Origin: Albugo candida
Taxonomy: Eukaryota
DNA length: 64,000 nucleotides
Direction of reading: 5' to 3'
NCBI GenBank assembly: GCA_040437565.1
Contig: JBDOQK010000010.1
Location: 186,001 to 250,000 of the forward strand
The position numbers were made by a program, and so were the translations under genes. Positions 1-12,715 of this stretch are shown piece after piece. The notes under the pieces were generated by a model. It saw nothing but the letters and a program-made list of their open reading frames with translations. It was not told the origin of the DNA and ran no database searches. Numbering within the stretch: position 1 is the stretch's first letter; each line of letters begins with the position of its first letter.

Positions 1-55
1 TCATCGTACAAGAGAATATTCGGCGAAGTTAGCTATCTATGATCGTGAAGTGGGA

Positions 56-165
56 TGGTCAGACTATGTACGCTTATGATTACGTAGCGAGCTGGTCAGG
101 CTATGTACGCTTATGACTACGCAACGAGCTGGTCAGACTATGTACGCTTACGACTACGAAGCGAG
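56..165. repeat. 37-bp tandem minisatellite, 3 copies
   Basis: Unit TGGTCAGACTATGTACGCTTATGAYTACGNARCGAGC starts at 56, 93 and 130, head-to-tail with no spacers. Confidence 0.9.
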
Positions 166-1779
166 AGGTACTGAAAATCCAAACGTTCAGACGCTTTACG
201 TAATATAACAATACAAACTCTAAAATGGCAAAAAATCAGGGTAGCTGGCTACACTTAGAATATAGAAAATTGTTTGAGTAAACATTTCGCTCTTCATGCA
301 AGTTTAGGGTGCAAAAGTTCTGTGTAATCTTTTTCAACAACTAGTCGAGAAATTGATCATCCCGAACAGGCGCCTGACGCAATAATGTGGCACTTCACGC
401 TATTTTAAGCTAGAAAGACCGGTATATATATATAACAAACCTAGCGACAACACGCGCAAACGGACTGTCTGTATAATCTGCTTTGGTATTGTATCACGTG
501 TCATATAGTAATGCATCTTGATTGAGACAACACCCAGAGCTTTTTGCAGCTATCACAGGCTGCCATTCTTCTCCTCAATTTTATTGTTGCGTAGGTTTTA
601 AAACCGTCAGTCGTGCTGTATTAATTATAGGTCAACGATGGCGCACCAGCGCACATGTATCACCTTCCTAGATAAAATCTTGCGCTGGATAAAATGGTTG
701 ACAAAATGTTTCAGCGCAGATGCAAAAGCATGTCCAATTTCAGTTATCTTTCCACAAACGACGCAATTCTGATAAAAACTCAACTTCTACTTACGANNNN
801 NNNNNNNNNNNNNNNNNNNNNNNNNNNNNNNNNNNNNNNNNNNNNNNNNNNNNNNNNNNNNNNNNNNNNNNNNNNNNNNNNNNNNNNNNNNNNNNNTTCA
901 GTTATCTTTCCACAAACGACGCAATTCTGATAAAAACTCAACTTCTACTTACGAGTTCGTAAATCCAGCTGACCATAGCTTGTAGCTATGATATTTATCT
1001 TTTTATCGTATTCTTCCCATTCTCCTTATATGAAGGCTTTCAGAAGAAGCTCTAGTATCCTGTGAAAATCGAAAATAATGTAATGACCTTGGCTTCTAGC
1101 AAATGCACATAAACATGAATATTTGCATATGAAAGGATACTTAGTGTAGCCTCTTCTTATTGTCACAGAATTTTTTACGGTTTCGACGAGTATCAAAGAT
1201 AGAAAACAAAAAACATTTAATCTTTTCCAATGTGCTTTAGGCATTGACGTGCTGTACTAGATTTCGAGCCGACCCTGTTAGAAATTGCTACTTCTAGATG
1301 TCTTGCACTTGAGTATATCATGAGAGTATCCAATCTTGCAGTCCAGTACGTTCACAAATTGAAGACGGGTCATCACCTATACAAAGATATGAAGAGAATG
1401 CAATGTGTATTCTTGGATGCTAAAGCAATTGAAGATGAAAGATGAAGCTTTGCAGGGAAAAAAGGACGATGACTGATGGCTATACTTTTCGTCTAGTCTG
1501 CTTACTTTTATCTTTCTTTGGCACAAAAATTCGTCCATACTTGAAGTGCCGGAAAACTCGATATCACCCTTTTGTTTTCTGAAAATTGCGTTCACTTTTC
1601 GCTTTTACTTTGTCGTGTTCGCAGCAACCGAATTTTGATCTAACGAGTTATTACGCTTTGGAAAACTTGATTACGGTTTCTTGGCTGACGTGTATTATTC
1701 CACATCTCCCGTGGTTTCTCTTGGCTGCGAAAAGGCCAGAGTGGTGATGCAATCAAAAGAAAGGAAACGTGGAAGGAAG

Positions 1780-4700
1780 TGTTTCATTTTGCGGATAAGT
1801 AGATCAAAAGTGTGAGAGAAACGTCCGAGACGATTATGGGGACTTGTTGTAGATAAATTGTGGGCTGGTTAGTCACTTGTCCCGAAGAGAGAAATTACAC
1901 ACTGAGCTTTATACGATGTTGTGATGGGTTCATGAGTCAGGAGGCTCTTACAAGAACGATTAATTATTCCAGAAAGGAGAAGGACCCAACGACATGTACC
2001 TCATAATACAGCGATGAGCATCGAATCAATATACTGTGAGTGACTTTGGTCGTCAGAGTTTATATGTTGCTGGTGTTGGAGTAGTGCCTGACTTGAGAAA
2101 ATTTCAAGAGAAGGGAAGGTAGGTATGGTTATTCATGGCATGCGATGCAACTTTCATTAGGATGCCTTAGCGCGTGACAGAAGAGACTCGGACTTTGAGC
2201 ATCCAAAGAGAAAAAATATATCAAGTTCTCGGTCTGATTGTTGGAATGGGGAAGACGAGAAAATTATGCTCAATCATCACGCAATTCATTGGAGCGAAGA
2301 TTCAGAGCCGTGGATCTATTCGGTCCTTACGTACAAACTACGTGCGATAATCACGACACACAAATAGATCCAAAAATGGTACACTTCAGCCAAACACAAA
2401 TCCTTCAGTATACTAGGAACAATTAAAACTGAGAGGACAAATCTTCCTGGCACAGCTATTTACCTACTGCTGCGGCTTTAGGTGCTGGATCGCATTACCT
2501 GGTTGTCCAAAATATTGTGTAATATACTTCTCATGATATGCGGATCGTGATACTGGCGAAGGTGGATTACCGCAAACTGACAATTAGCAGCAAAGTAGAA
2601 AAGCTGACGCATTTTGCTCAAGCTTATCGACAAACGCATCGAGAAGGAAGTATTCGTTGAAGTTTAAGAAGGTAGCTTTCAGGATGTAAGACGCTTTAAT
2701 CTGATTCCGAATAAAATTCTGGATGCAAACAATCTCTAATGAGGTGGGATAGCCAGCGTGTACTGAGAAGAAATGATGGGAAATAGCTGCGTTCATCGCG
2801 AAGTTTGATAAATGTGTACTCGTTGTGAAGGCAAAGATTCGCAACAGTGTCTCGCTTAACCATGAAGGCACGGTATCACTAGTTGGTGAAGCTTATGAAG
2901 ATCTAGAAATCGTCACATGCGACACAAAAGGTATTGTCGGTGACATATTACCAAGTATTTGGACAACTGAATTACGACGCTGTTGAGATATATCTAAGGA
3001 CTGCAGAGTTTGAATAGAGTTGCGGATCTAGGTGGTGAAGTTGTTGTCCTTTTACCAAGTCTAACATAGCAGAATCGTCAGACTGAATAAGCTGATCACT
3101 AGCTAGTCGACAGCCGCATAAGTGCATTCGTTTGCTTTGATTGCCAAGAGCAATGATGTTGGTGCAAAGCAATATGATAATGTCTTGGTGTATTTCGAGA
3201 AGAGATTCAGTTGTAGAATTCATCTACCATTAACTGGTCCGGGAATATGCAAACATTGATTTGGCTAGACAGTGCAATGAACCAAGAAATAGGCAAACAA
3301 GGTCAAGGCTTAATATTGCATCAGATGACTACGTTCATTTCAGATGCATGGTTTTGCATGCGATTGAGCATCACATTCTTTTCGAGTCGACGAAGTTGCA
3401 TACGTGACGTGCTGAATTGGTCAATCACTAATGCTAGCCCTGGCAGAGCGTCATCGATACAATTCTTGGTTAAATGCACATTTGGACTCCTAGGAATTGT
3501 ACTTCTTGATCACGATGCATGCTATTAAGAACTAGAGAAAAGAAAATTTTGCGCAACGGGGTGAGCATGATTCCATTGTTGGGATCGGAAATAGACTAAA
3601 TGATACCGTCAACGTGGTGGTCAACCGTGACGTGATTACCACAGAACATGTACAGAACGTTGCGACTCTCACAAAAGAAAGGATGAGCACCTTCAGCATA
3701 GTTTGTACGAGAGGAAGCAAAGCATTTTTTAGGCCCCGAGCATGCATAAAGATACTATTACAAATGATGGGAACATTAACTTCAAACAAGGAAAACCAAA
3801 CTGGACGTGTGACAGACCAGTAACGCGCTCACCCAAGCGATAGAAAGGGTGTAAAAACAGGGATCAAGTGGTTATTTGAAATAGGTGTCGTAGATTATAT
3901 GCGGGGTACATATCTGCAAAGCTTTGAGCCTGTTTTTGAAGTTTCAGAAGGAATAGACGAAAAGCAAAGCAAGAAGATTTGATTGAAATCGATCAAAATT
4001 GTATTTGAAATCACGTGCGTGTACCTAAGGGTTTTAATAGTCTTCCTCTATCGGTACTAGAATAGATATGGATATGTTGAGCGTCAATCTTGTTTAAGAC
4101 TGACTGAATGCGGAGTGTACAAGCTTAGTATGGGGAAATTCGGAATGCCTTTGTTGATCCCACAATAGGAAGAGAAGAATACTTATTGATGCTATATACC
4201 AGCAAAAATATACGCTCAGCAAGAAATGTTTATATGCCGGAAGCAAGTTGATATCGGAGTAAGGAAGACTATAAATAACAACACAAGTGGGGCGTCTTGA
4301 TTTGAGTTACTTCACACAAAGCTAACGTGCTTGAGTTTTCGCAATGCTTGGCCTGACAGCCAAGAAAACGAGTCTTCTAGATAACGTTTATCTCGAAATA
4401 AAGGATCTATTGGTCACACAATTTGGAGAGGTGCAAAAATTCTTCGGCATGCGCATTACTCTCGATATGATTATTGAACAGCAAGAGGCGATTTGAGAAA
4501 TGCTGGGATAGAAGACGAGTGCGGCTTTAGTACACTGTTCAGCGAGGAAAGTGAATCTCCTTGAAGAGATAGATGCGATACCGCCTGATGTTTGCCTAGA
4601 TTACCAAATTATCATTATCAATTCTTTTTCTGTGCTAAGAGTTTTTTTTCTGCTTCTCTCGATCTAGCAGACCCGACATATCGTGCGCGTTATACCGACT

Positions 4701-5500
4701 TTAGGGGGGGGGGCGCACACATGCACTGGAACAATCTGGCTGAAAAACTATTGGAAGGATTATAAGTTTTTTCCGAGTAACCAAGGCGCCACGCCTACGA
4801 ATGAGGCAATACATCCTTGTTATGGAATTGTAGCATTATTTGTGACATCGACGCTGCTTTTGTTTTACAAAGCCGACAGAAAGTTATTTAGGGCCAAGAA
4901 GATTTATGTGGCTAGAAGTATCTTGGTATGCAAAAGACAAGGTGGTGTGTCATTGGCACCACTGGAAGCAGAATTGGCAGTGGCTTCAGTGGTGGTAACG
5001 CACATGTTTCGATTGCGAGAGCAACTTTCAGAGATTAGAGGAACCTGTAGTGACTATGGAACTAGTCAGGGACGCCAAACCGGCTCGAAGGGAATGAAGC
5101 GCAGATTAATCGAAGCTTGTTGATATCAGGAGTAGTTTTATGACCTCATATGCGACAAACAGAATTGTGGCACCTAAACATGTGGATCGTGCAAACGGTT
5201 GAGGCTACTGCTTTAAGTGTTACTTGGTTCTAATGGGCTCCAACACATATTGTTAAGGGAATCTAATGAAAAAAGATGAAGACCAAATGCATGACATTCC
5301 CCGAGGAGTAGTGTTGGATTCTAGAAGTTGAAGCTGTAACGACGGAAGTTTTCCAGTGTCAAAAGGACGATACTTTAAAATTTCACTTCCTGTATGTGGA
5401 GAGGACGGTGGCTAGATAGAATTCAGTACTGTGCAGCGCAAACTTTTGATTTAGTTGACCTGCCAAAGAACTCTATATAACTTGCTCTTTTTTATCTCGT
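1780..5500 (+). mobile_element. Highly decayed Ty1/copia LTR retrotransposon (integrase, RT and RNase H remnants; probable start of 3' LTR)
   Basis: Integrase-like VDLFGP in ORF 2238-2426 and RT-like GIKWLF at ~3860. ORF 4683-5123 carries an RNase H motif (KADRK...CKRQGGVSLAPLEAELAVASV), followed by KHVD at ~5176. A purine tract GAGGAGTAG precedes TGTTGG at 5312. Boundaries are approximate and 2450-3840 may be a nested insertion. Confidence 0.7.
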
Positions 5501-7810
5501 CTACGTTGCTCTATGTGCTATTCGTGACCATCGCATCAGGAAGTGACGTGTATAATTAGATTTGTTTTTGCTTAAATTGCATTTATTAACAAGTATTCGA
5601 TAATGCTTCGCACAGCACATTCACTCGTTCAAAAATGCTATGATTCGAGGCGCCATGACATTGTTATCAGCACAGCCATTGGAACCTCATCATCCCATTG
5701 TGCTGAGAGTTGGGTGATACGTTTCTTTTCGAGATATACAACCTGAGAGATGTCGTGAACAAGCAGCTCTCGATCCTCGTCTCAGGCTTAATTTTGAAAG
5801 AATTCTAGTAGATTGGCTATATTGCTCGTAGTTTTTACTATATTAGATGTTCGTGATTCAGGCAATGACTACATTACAAGCTTAGTTGTGTTTCGGCACG
5901 AAACTTGAAGAGTATATGACGTAGTTTTATTTCCTGCCAAAGCATCTGCGATCCTGAATCAACAAAGGAACTATCCCTTGAAATCCATTTAAATGAGTCT
6001 GATGAGGCTGTTCATGCCTTCTACGACATCAGTAACAACAGCGACAACAGATATCATGAGATGGAACTGTCGATGCAGTTTTCGCGGTCAAGGAAACCCC
6101 CCCCAGCCATTTCGGACAAGTGTTGGTGCATATCTTCGTTAACCGCCTGTGGTTTGATGACTAGATAGTGTTGAGCGGTACTCGCATCAACGGAGGTGGT
6201 GCTAATGAACAAAGCCGTTGCAAGTTCTACACATGGCTAAGAATAAAAATGCTAGTGCGGATCGAAATCTGTTCAGAAGAAGTAGTGGTATGAAAAGAGG
6301 CTGGGTATCTATTCAAAAAGAAACGCAGCAATCGCAAAAAGGGAGAAACAACATTCACTTCGAGAGAGTCGAGAGGTCACGAAATTCAATTTCTTAAAAA
6401 GCTCACAAGTGGACGGGTGTATGGAGGTGGTTATATATATTGATCGTCTTGACTGATTAATAAAGAATGGTAGGATATCTATCATAGGATCTAGAATACG
6501 ATTACTATTCATATTCTGTACTTAGTAAATTAAATTATTTCGAGACGAACAGCATCTACGGCGTATTCGGCTCGTCCGTGTCTGGCCTGTCATCCATCCT
6601 AGCTGCAATCGCTGTGACAAGGAACGAAAGGTTTCTACTCTCCAGGCTCGTCGAGTCACAGCGTCGTTGCGGGACACGATCTTAAAGAAGGTCTCGTTGA
6701 CCTGTCGATGCCTGCTCAGCACAAAGTCTCCGTAGTAGATGAACCTGTGCGTCATGATCCGCTCACGCATATCGTATGGCCTAGCGTCAATGAAAGTGTN
6801 NNNNNNNNNNNNNNNNNNNNNNNNNNNNNNNNNNNNNNNNNNNNNNNNNNNNNNNNNNNNNNNNNNNNNNNNNNNNNNNNNNNNNNNNNNNNNNNNNNNG
6901 AAGGTCTCGTTGACCTGTCGATGCCTGCTCAGCACAAAGTCTCCGTAGTAGATGAACCTGTGCGTCATGATCCGCTCACGCATATCGTATGGCCTAGCGT
7001 CAATGAAAGTGTTGCTGTTTTCATTAGTATTAGGTATTTCAAGAAAATGATCCACTGCACGTCTTCACCTCTATCGCCGATTGGCGACGGGGGAGTCAGC
7101 GAATGCGTTCAGGTGATGAGCAGAACGCGGAGTGCGCACAGTACACTCATACTGATCGACCTACTCGCGATGGGTGGAGTGATCAAGCAGAATTCACCCG
7201 ATCGAAATTAAATTTGCAATGGTGGTACGAAATTAATCATTAGTTCTACCTTGTATGGTTTGTAGAAGCACGTGGGCTCAAGAGCATGAAATCGCAGCCA
7301 CGCTTATTTTCCGTCTTGTATTTGTCTTGCATAGCTCCTATGTACTGTACATACCAAAACCAGAAAAAATCTGGTACTTTTCGGCGTCTCCTGTCAAAGC
7401 TCTCAGAATGGTTGTTACTGCGTATCATATTTGGTAATTGGTCACCATTTGCTAAGGCTGGTAGTGGTAAAATGTGGCACGCAACAAGTCAATATGAGTA
7501 CCAGAATGGCATCCACAGCAGAGTTTGGTGGACACGTGGCAAATCCAACATCCGACTAGAAGATTTTTTATAGAGCGATCACTATAACATTCTCAATCCC
7601 ATCTGCATCTCACAAAATTTTGTCGTATGATGTTCAAAAATAAAACTATGATGTTGAATAACTCACTAGGACGTCGCAAGGTCTGAAGTAATAGAAATGG
7701 AAGTAAAGTAGATGCTGTAACAATTACGGACGTCTCCGAGTCCCAGACACATGTGAGAGAATGGAAAACGAAGCTCAAACTACCGCTTGGTGTGGTTCAA
7801 AAAGATTGTA

Positions 7811-9382
7811 CAGTACACTCAGGAAAAGATTGTCCGCTTTTTTTGATTTTTTGAACCACAGCCGCAAGCTTGCGCTCGAACAAACCACTGCCGTGGCCCC
7901 AAAAGGTCTAGAATATGGCTGAAACTGCACAAAAACATACTTTGACAGCCGAGGAACGTTTGCGCATTGTTGGAATGAGGCAGGCTGGTATCAAAGTTGC
8001 AGAAATTGCCTGCAAGTCAGCGACAGATGCGACGCATCATGGAGAGGTGATGTAAAGAAAACACAGTTGTTCCAAAGAAAAGCCCTGGAAGGCCAAAAAA
8101 ACTTTCNNNNNNNNNNNNNNNNNNNNNNNNNNNNNNNNNNNNNNNNNNNNNNNNNNNNNNNNNNNNNNNNNNNNNNNNNNNNNNNNNNNNNNNNNNNNNN
8201 NNNNNNGAATGAGGCAGGCTGGTATCAAAGTTGCAGAAATTGCCTGCAAGTCAGCGACAGATGCGACGCATCATGGAGAGGTGATGTAAAGAAAACACAG
8301 TTGTTCCAAAGAAAAGCCCTGGAAGGCCAAAAAAACTTTCAGGAAGGGATTCCAGAGCTCTATTTCGCAGCACCAAGGGTGCAAGACGTTCAACTCTGGC
8401 CGAAATTAGCATCAACATGCCAACTAAAGCTGGTTAGACTGCATTCAAAGAGACTTCACATGCCGCTAGTCTCTTTGCTCGAGTGGGGTTAAAAAGCCTT
8501 TTTTGAACAAGCCACACACTGCTAAGAGGCTGGAATTTGCAAAAAGATACCAGAATTCCACCATAGAGTTCTGGAAATCAATCTGCTGGACTGATGAGGC
8601 CAGCTTTCGAATTGGAAAGAATTTTCGCCGACCTCTGGTCTGGAGATCTACCAATGAGAGGTACCAATCAGACTATCTGGTACCTTCTTACAAGTCAGGG
8701 CGTTCTCTAGTTATGGTCTGGGGTGCCTTTCAGGATAGCAAAAAAAGCCAGCTTGTGCGTATGTCACCAAATCGTCAAACAGCAGCTGACTTTGTCACAC
8801 AAGTATACGATCGTGAGTTGGCTGGCTTCTGGTAAGGCCTTGTCAATGCTGGAAGTGCCATACCCATGGAAGAGGGTGCGCTTATTCATTGCGCAAAAGC
8901 GCCCCGAAAAATGGCGTGACGAGCTTAGCGTTGGCAAGCTAGAATGGCCTGCAAACTCTCCTGATTTCAATCCCATTGAGGATGTATGGGCAAAGATGAA
9001 AGTAGCCATCCAAAAGCCCCCCGAAGCCAAAAACAGAGAAGAGCTATGGCTCCAGCTTGAACAGACATGGTCTTTTATTGATCCAGAGTGGCTACAGCCT
9101 CGTTTCTACTCCATGCCGGAGAGGATCCAAGAAGTAATTAAAGCAAAAGCGGGTTCTAATCTCTGCTAGCATGTATTTTTTCTATATAGATTATATCATT
9201 ATAACATCATGATTCGAAAAAACAATTCTGCAGGATTGCAGCATTGTATACTGTAAAAGTTTTGTACCAGATTTCATGGGCAGATTACTCATCAGGTGTA
9301 TGCGCCATGCTCGGAAGTCAAAGTGATTGTTTCATAAAGCGGTAAAAATTTGGGGGCGGACAATTTTTTTCGGATGGTACTG
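7811..9382 (+). mobile_element. Tc1/mariner DNA transposon with TIRs and TA target-site duplication
   Basis: Left end TA|CAGTACACTCAGGAAAAGATTGTCCGC; right end GCGGACAATTTTTTTCGGATGGTACTG|TA. These form imperfect TIRs of ~27 bp enclosing a transposase. Confidence 0.92.
7915..9169 (+). pseudogene. Tc1-family DDE transposase, disrupted
   Basis: HTH start MAETAQKHTLTAEERLRIVGMRQAGIKVAEIA; motifs WTDEASF, VMVWGAF and WPANSPDFNPIE. Stop at 8833-8835 plus frameshifts. The second catalytic motif reads MEEGALIH instead of xxDNAPxH. Interrupted by the N gap at 8107-8206. Confidence 0.9.
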
Positions 9383-9699
9383 TACGAGATAACCGAAGCG
9401 ATATAATACTCTAATCTTCTTCTACAACATGCAGAAGCTCAGTGTCGTACGCAATGCACCAATTACTCGCGAAACTTCTTTTCTTGAGTATCGAGTCTAT
9501 GACAACATGCAGCTTGAATCGAGAACACTGCCAGATACAACCAATATGTACCTTTAGAAAATCATCTTAAAAAGCAGATAGGACCGTCCTTGAAGCTTTT
9601 TTTACCTCCCCATTCTTCTGTCTTCGCGTCTCGATTGGACAGTACTTAGAAAATGGGACACTGTCACATCGAACAGAGAAGAATTTGTCGAGAAAATCA

Positions 9700-10500
9700 A
9701 CATTTGATGGCTGGTGCCATGGGTCGTATCCGAACTTCAGCGCCTAAATAAGCTGACCCATGTTTATTATCCAAAATTCCAAAAAGATGTTGTTATTGAA
9801 TCAAATTTCGCTCGAGTCAGATGAGTACGTCCGTCTTTCAACTCTCTTAAGCACGACCTAGATGGCGGAAGATGTCAAGCACCCACCTAGTATTTCATCT
9901 CCAAAGACGAATGAAAACCAAGCTGTATTCTATCAGGCTGTTACAAAACGTTTCGTGATTGTCCGAAGATATTCTTTAACTTCGTTAGGGAAGATGTACC
10001 TTTCTTAGATTACAAGTCCTCAAAAGGCATCTTGCTTCCAAATAAAATTAGGACCTGATGCTGGATTCTATAGACCCATCGCTTCGCTCAGTTTCGATGC
10101 GAAAATATTCAATTAAGAAAGTGATCGTGCCACAACGCAGATGTCTCACCACCACCGGAATATCTCAGGCATGCAGGCTTCAATTAGACATCGTGGATAA
10201 AATGAATATGAGAAGCTGATGCCGAGTAAACGAAGCTGTTTCTCCTTTGAAAGCAATGATGAATGAAACAAGATGGACGACTATGCTTGCCTTTTGACCA
10301 CTTATACAAGAGCCCAGCTGAATATCAGTAAAATGTCACATCAGCCATTGGACCCCAACGTTAGTAAAACAGGTGATTCTTTACCACATTACTTGATATC
10401 ACGATGATAGACCCTTTGAAGTGATGTATGATATAACACAATGTTTTCAAAAATTTGGTAAATGACATAGCAGGTCCAACTGCACCTCACTTCTCGTTGA
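9700..10500 (+). mobile_element. Non-LTR (LINE) reverse transcriptase relic
   Basis: 10066-10110 translates FYRPIASLSFDAKIF, matching the LINE RT motif YRPIxLLxxDxKI. Surrounding sequence is full of stops and the boundaries are uncertain. Confidence 0.5.
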
Positions 10501-10753
10501 TGATTTGATTCTACTTCCAGTTGCACTGAATAATGTTTTGATTCATATTAGACTCGCTTGAGTTTATTATGAGGATCGTGCGCAAGACCAATTTGGAAGA
10601 ATACCTCTTTATCTCGTCAAAGCATCGATGACGTGTGCTTTTATTCTCAAATGAGACATCTTATGTCTATAAATTTCGGGAACTTCCCTTACATTCAGAT
10701 ACCCGAATAATTATACGGTGGTATCCGCACTCACAGGATTTTATAGGTATGGT

Positions 10754-12715
10754 TGTTCAATGTCCAGCAACGCGGAGACAGACTTGGAGGGAGCGCGAAC
10801 AACGACCATGATAGCAGAAGCAACAAGGTAAGTATATTGATTTGTTTCTTAAAACCTACCGCTTTACCTAAGTACAAAAATGTGTGCTGTCCACGCATCA
10901 ATATGCAGAATGAAGCAACGGGTTCCTCCTTCTTCGAAGCGAATTCCAACACTCCTACATCGGGGACTACAGTCATTTTCGCTCAGTCCAATCAGGGTTC
11001 TCAGCTCCTCCAAGCGTGCTGCTGCGAGTGCTTTCGTCATCAAGTCTGCAGACATACTACGACTTTCGAGGTATCTTGGAAGTAAAACGCCGTTTTTTAC
11101 ATGAGAGGTTACGAATTTGATTTCCACGTCGACATGTTTCGACTTCGCTGACGTACCATCTCCTCCGAACTGCTACTGTATAATGCCATCTGATTATCCA
11201 CATAACAAAATCATAGGTTCTTTGCAACTCAAACCAGCCTCACGAAGCAATTCGCGTATTCCAATCATTTTTACGACCACAACAGNNNNNNNNNNNNNNN
11301 NNNNNNNNNNNNNNNNNNNNNNNNNNNNNNNNNNNNNNNNNNNNNNNNNNNNNNNNNNNNNNNNNNNNNNNNNNNNNNNNNNNNNGCTTGCTTCTCCTAC
11401 CTGACTCCCGTCCTGCACAACTTGACAATCATGAACGTGTTCAACAATCTCTTCTCAATGCGCTTGTTTGGCATCCATGACTCCCAAGATTGCGCAAAAT
11501 GTGCAAGTTCTTCCGCTTGCTGTAATTAATATGTTCTTTGATGATCGCCTTTCACCATCAGAGCAACTCTCATGTCTTGTGGTGCGTACTGAACAATGTT
11601 GTTTAGCATCATGTAGTCAGAATATCCGCTGGAAGCCTCTGCTACGGCGTTTAGATACATAAGCTGTTCTGTCCACGATCGTTTGGGCGCATAAAAAAAT
11701 TCATTGGCTGTGTTGGCGTAATATTCACTCTAAACGCCTGAATCATACGCTCCATAACGTACTTTAGTGTAGCATTGCGGTTTCACCAGACGTCGATTTG
11801 CTTATCAAAGTAACTTTCAACCATACCATCTACCTTCACATCTTCAAGCCGATAGAAACCACAAGCAGACTGTGCCAGAACTATTTGCCTTTCAAAACGT
11901 CTTCCCCTACTTCAGAAATCCGGATCTCAAACCCTGGTATAATTAAAAGGGCGAATCTTTAGCTATTTGTTTCTTGCTCTGGGCAAGCGAAAACTCCTCT
12001 TGCTCTCTGGTTTCCTTCGAATTGTACCATGACAGGGGCCGAACCAGCTCCATGATCATGACGTGGCTGCCCATGTCGATTCTGATTTTTTTTTTTTTGA
12101 AATTTATTTTTTATTTTTTTATTTATTTTTTATAATTTTTTTTTAAAACCCCGTAGTCATGCTGGTGCTTAGCGAAGTATTCATGTGGCACAGCATTTGG
12201 TGTTTCTCTCCTGTTTGCCTCTCTTTCCGGCTTTCCAGTCAGCGAGTCAAGATGCATACGCAAGCCTCCTCCCAAAGTAGATTTAAACATGCTTGGGCTC
12301 AATCCTGTGGTCGTCGGATGATCTTCGGACACCTGCTCCTGGATTGTTCGGCAACTTCCGTGCGGAGCTCCATCTGTTAACTTATAAGTCGATCCAGCCG
12401 ATCAACCAGTCCTCTGATAAGGTCTTGTTATTCCCACCTTGACCGCTTCATTTTGTCTCGCTCGCATCTCTCTGAAAACGGTTCACTCTCACAGGCACTT
12501 ACTTGGCCGGGAGCGTCCACGGTTGGTAACGCAATATTCTTATCATCTGCGTATTCACGCGAGAAGTCCCCCGTTAGGCTCATAAGCTGTTGAATGTCCA
12601 GCAACGCTGCGATAGACTTAGAGGGAGCGCGCACAACGACCAGAATAATAGAAGTATGTGAATGTCGATGCCCTCGGGCATCATTTGATCTACCGTTTTA
12701 CTCAAGTACAAAATG
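10754..12715 (-). mobile_element. Ty1/copia element or elements, internally deleted or collapsed, with two related LTR ends
   Basis: RNase H C-terminus KSKHVDVEIKFV...SMSADLMTKAL (10980-11170, minus). A PPT-like GTAGGAG precedes a TG...CA LTR at 10951-10754. A homologous LTR segment starts at 12588 (TGTTGAATGTCCAGCAACGC versus TGTTCAATGTCCAGCAACGC), next to PBS-like GCTTATGAGCC. The N gap at 11286-11385 lies inside. Confidence 0.8.

Noticed and set aside
56..165. 37-bp repeats resembling a CRISPR array
   Set aside because: The units are contiguous with no unique spacers, there are no cas genes, and the context is eukaryotic.
6522..7211. Overlapping 167-177-aa ORFs
   Set aside because: Their lengths are inflated by the N gap and the duplicated flank, and no domain is recognisable.
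12082..12148. T-rich tract inside the copia element
   Set aside because: It is low-complexity sequence with no TSD or upstream element. It may be low-quality sequence and cannot be supported as a poly(A) insertion.
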